This document shows positions 58,971 to 64,000 of a DNA stretch of 64,000 nt, piece after piece. The stretch's first letter is position 1. The number at the start of each line of letters is the position of its first letter. Under the pieces are notes generated by a model. The model saw only the letters and a list, made by a program, of their open reading frames with translations. It did not search any database and was not told the DNA's origin. Position numbers and translations under genes: made by a program. The DNA comes from the human T2T-CHM13v2.0 reference genome, Homo sapiens, in the NCBI RefSeq assembly GCF_009914755.1, contig NC_060929.1; one strand, 5' to 3'.

Positions 58971-59170
58971 ACTAGAGAAATTTGATTAAATTATTGTGTA
59001 TCTATGAGACAATTAAAAAAAACAAACAAACCAGAAAGCTCTCCAAGACATAGTGATCAACTAAAAAAAACCCTTATTCATTTAACCAAAACTTGAAAGG
59101 TATCTCATGAGTCAGCACTGTTGACCGTAGATGCTAGGACTGGAAAAGTGAAACAAGCAGAAAAATACTA

Positions 59171-59860
<690 letters not shown>

Positions 59861-60215
59861 TAGTTCCTGAACCGATGCTGCCTCCAACATGACCTGTGTT
59901 TTGTGAACCGTGATGATCTATACACAAAATTCTACATGTGGCCTGTTTTGCTGAAGCCCTTTTTACCACTGAGGAATGGTTTTATTTATCTGTAGAAGCC
60001 ACAGACAGCAGGGTGTGGAAAGTCAATGGGTCAATTGCTGCCTAGTGTTGGAGCAGGATGAAGACCAGAACCTGCTGGGGGGGACTGCAACTCTGGGTCA
60101 CAGGTGACCTAGATGAGGGGGTCCAATGTGGCACACCAAGGCGGGGCCCAGCAGTGGGATGTGGACACTCCAGTGCAGCCACGTAAAACTTATCCTTGGA
60201 TTTCTAGAGCATGCA

Positions 60216-60217
<2 letters not shown>

Positions 60218-60248
<31 letters not shown>
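60218..60248. repeat. (TG)15 microsatellite
   Basis: Read directly. Confidence 0.97.
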
Positions 60249-60251
<3 letters not shown>

Positions 60252-61469
60252 CTTTTTTCCTGTTTTTGTACTTCTCTCATATTTTCTTTCTTTTTCTGCT
60301 GAAGGGGAAAAGGCACTGTCACCACAGCTGCTGATCAGGAGTTCCAAGTTTTGATTTTTCAGTCGCAGTTGATTTCACTCATTATTCATTATTTTTAACA
60401 GAATGTATACATTTCTACGTGGAAATGTTTTTCAACGTTTTAAAACCAGAATGAGTGAATGGGAAGTGGCATTTGAGCCAATGAAGGAGGTGGTATGAAC
60501 AGCACGGCCCTGGCTAAGAGGACGGCCGGGACAGAGGCAGGGAGGATCACGTCCGGGGCCAATGTCGGGACCAGCCGCAGTGAGAGGGAGGAGAGAAAAG
60601 GCAGGGACTTCACCTGTCCCCAGCGTCCTGCTGAGCAGGGTCACAATATGAGTGCTTTCTGCCAGGACAGCCTTCCAGGGCAGCGGGTGTGGGGACAGCT
60701 GAGGCCAAGGCTGAGCAGGGCAGGGGAGTGGGGAGGGCAGGGCAAAGACGCACCCTGGAGATGTGTGGGCCCACCCAGCCGGCAGGCACATCTAGCTAGG
60801 CCCATTCCGATCCGTGGCCAGTGCTACCAGGCAGATTTCATCGTCAAGTCCTAATTTTGCAAGTTTTCACCTGGAAAATCAAGGGGCCCTGGCCTACCTG
60901 GGCCTAGAGGGTCTGGCATGGCCACAGTCACTGAAGTGGAGTGGGGTTCTGCCACTCCCTGCCCCTCACTCATCCACTCCACCTGTGAGGATTGGTGACG
61001 TTGCCTTCAACAAATAATTAGGGGGTGGCTTACAAAGGTCCCTTCGGACTTGGGAAAGAAGAACAGTTAAGCCAGCAGCTGGCCCTCCTCAGGATGTAGG
61101 GAAGTGTGGAAGCTGCACCAGCCCAGGGGACCCTGCCGGCTCCCCTACTCCCACCTTCCACAGGGGAAGGCCAGCAAGTACGATGGCCATGGGGATGGCG
61201 AGAAGGCTGAGAAGTGCCACTCAGAGCAGAAGGTGTGTCCATGCCAGCAGGACCAGCTGCTTGGGACACCAGCACCACCGGGAGAGAGGGTCCTGCCTGT
61301 CGCTGGTCTGTGGGTGGTTTCACCTGAGCTGTGCTGTTACCATCTATCCATGCATTTGTGTTAGTGAGGACGGAATGGTATACAGAGCAGCAGGCTGTCA
61401 TGCCATATGGGAATTCTGTGTCTCCGGGCCCAGGCCTAGCCACACAGAGGGTGATCTGGCCTGGAGTGG

Positions 61470-61758
61470 TTTTTTTTGAGACAGGGTCTTGCTGTGTCGC
61501 CTACGCTGGAGTGCAGTGGCATGATCGTGACTCCCTGCAGCCTTGAACTCCCCGGCTCAGGCAATCCTCCCGCTTCGGCCTTCTGAGTAGCTGGGAATAG
61601 AGGTGGGTGCCACCACGCCCGGCTGATTTTTAAATGCTGTGTAGAGATGGGATTTCCCTCTATTGCCCTCACTGTTCTTGAACTGCTGAGCTCAAACCAT
61701 CCTTCCGCCTCGGCTTCCCAAAGTGCTGGGATTACAGGCACGAACCATCACACCCAGC
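61470..61758 (-). mobile_element. AluJ (Jo-like)
   Basis: 'ctgcagccttgaactcccggctcaggcaatcctcc'; flanks ggcctggagt / tgcctggaat. Confidence 0.88.
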
Positions 61759-62909
61759 ATTGCCTGGAATTTTTGGATCAAATTGGCCTGTGCCCCCTCC
61801 GGTGGGAATCCTAGGCATTCTGAGGGCAGGTTAGTCTTGCCCTCGAGTCTCCATGTGAGATGGTCTGACCAACAGAGATGCCTATTTCTGGGTTTCGGTT
61901 CTCAGTCCGCACTGGAATCTTCGGGGGGAATGGGTGGGGCATTCTGGCACAGTCCCTGGGGGGCTGAGGTTTCTCAGCTGAGAGGCCGACGCTCAGAGAG
62001 GCTGGGTGTCTGCTGAGGGTCACACAAGAGTGGTGGGGGCACAGAGTCCCAGCTGCAGCTGCTGCGGCTGATCATCACCCACATTGCCTGGAGGGAGTGT
62101 CAGGGTGGTAAGGGTGGGTCAACTGGTCAACCTCCAGGGCTTTTGTGTTTGTTTCCGAATCAGGTTCTTTCTGTGGGCACCGGCAGGCCTAGTGTTAATA
62201 TATATGGACAGAAAGGATGAGAATCATGTTGGAAACGCCCCTTCGCCCTCCTCCTCCTCTGGAGGCTGGGCTAGAAGGTGGGAATCACCTAATGCCAGGC
62301 TGGGGCAGGGGACAGGGAGAGACCTGGAGGAGGCGGGACCTGAGGGTAGGCGACGGGGAAGAGTAGGGTGAACCGATACCCCACCATGGCCAGAGTGGGG
62401 GGTGAGGAGGGCAGCCCAGCACCAAAGGTGGGTGGAGAAACTGTGTCCCCTCCCGCAAAGTCTCATTATGTTCTTAAGCCCCTCCAGTCCCAGGAGTTGG
62501 GAGATGGGGCCTTAGCCCCAGAGGGGTATGACATGGAAAAGAGAGCCCCAGGCCCAGGACTCGGGGGCACTGAAGAGGGAGAAGCACAGCTCAGGGAGAC
62601 GGTTCAGAAGCGCCCTGGCTCTGGGCCCACACACCCCTCCCCACCGCCTTGGCAGGAGTCAGAAGGCTGAGTGTAAGCCGTGACTCGGGGAGGCCTGGCT
62701 CCTCGGCTGGCCTGGAAGTCAAGTGAAACCAGGTGGCAACCAGGGGGTGGGGAGGAGCTGAGGACAGGAGGGAGGGGGGCCCACTCCAGTGCAGACCTGG
62801 GGAGGTGAGAGACTCCACCTGTCGGGGCTGGCTGGGCTCCTGAAAAGCTGACAGGAGCCAGGGGGTGTCTGTGATCAGGGCTGGGGGCTGCTGGTGCATG
62901 GTTCCCGGA

Positions 62910-63078
62910 CTTGAGATGCATAGGAGCTTGCTGGCAGACTTGTCAGAACCCAGGCTGCTGCCTCCCCCTCCCCCTCCTCCAGCTCTGGGTGCAGCCCAGC
63001 CATTTGCATTTCCACTTTCTGGAACTTTCCTAGGTGCTGCGGCTACTGGTCTGGGAACTGCACTTTGAGAACCATGTC
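62910..63078. mobile_element. MER5A-like fossil
   Basis: 'ctctgggtgcagcccagccatttgcattt..ctggtctgggaactgcactttgagaacca'. Confidence 0.65.
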
Positions 63079-64000
63079 CTAGGCCACATGCTCAGCTCCT
63101 GTTGGGACCAGCTTCCCGCAGAGATGGCCTGCCTTATCTCTACCCCACCTGATCAGAATTCTACAGACAAGGGCCCAGCCCTGACCCAGTCTGTGGTCAG
63201 GAAACCAGGACAAGTCCCCTTAAGGGGTCAAGGGTGGCTCCCTTGGTCCAGCTTGTTCCCCAGTCATGGCCCAGCCGGCCCCTTCCCGGCTCCCAGGGAA
63301 GTTAGCTCTAAGGTCTCTGCCACCTGCAGGCCTGGCACCCAATTTGGGATGCTGGTTACCCCATTCTCCAGGGACTCAGCCCCAGAAGACTGTCCCGTTG
63401 TTTCTTGGGGAGGTGGGCTTGGGGTTGGAGAAGCCCCCCATCAGCCGTGACTTGTGTCCCAGGACTTTTCGTGGGAACCTGGGCCCTCGGCCTGGAGCTG
63501 GAGCATCGTTCTCCAAGTCTGCATGCACAATCACAGTCCTTCAGTGTTAGCCGGGAGCCCCCTGGGGTGAGGTTTTGGGGCATCCTTAAATGGCCTGCAG
63601 GGCCTCTGGGAAAACCGTGCATGACTTCAGGCACTCCTTTGTGTGGTCACCTCCCCGTGGCCTCACGCTGGACATGGTAAAAGCAAACCTTACGACAGAA
63701 ATAGAAAAAAAAAAAAAAGGCAGAGACGAAAAGAATCTCAGAAAAAGATAGACATGAATGGCTAGAGAGTTAAGAGAAGATCAAAATGGAAACCTGTTAT
63801 CCATCCTGTTAGCAAACGAGGCCACGCTGTGTGACACGGGGGCCCAGGACTCCACCAGGCGGCCTGTGCAAGCCTGGGCTGCATCTCCTGCCACGGCCAG
63901 GCAGGTCCCACCTCTCTGCAAAGACCCCTCTTCTCTAGAAAGGGGTGATGGTAAAATAAGGCTGGCCATCGAGAAGACCGAGAGGCAGGGTCAGGGGCGG

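Overview
This is primate genomic DNA, almost certainly human or great ape: AluJ, AluS and AluY subfamilies, THE1 and MST LTRs are all present. It is a GC-rich, repeat-dense stretch in which I can support no intact protein-coding exon. The ORF track is explained by chance ORFs, Alu and L1 sequence, and microsatellites. Gene-derived content is limited to retrocopies: a full-length processed MRPL50 pseudogene (24700-26029), a full-length 7SL RNA retrocopy (57748-58044) and a ~125-nt 3'-end retrocopy of an unidentified mRNA (22541-22686). The rest is about 20 Alus, old L1M/L2/L3/MIR fragments, MaLR LTRs, DNA-transposon fossils, minisatellites and a 1.1-kb TG/TATG array. The strongest non-obvious observation is a ~0.46-kb inversion (34907-35370) between two inverted Alus. 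It flips pieces of four older elements and one copy of an Alu target-site duplication (TSD). I found no evidence of a new multi-gene biological system. Repeat subfamily names come from recalled consensus sequences, not from a search, and the boundaries of old repeats are approximate.
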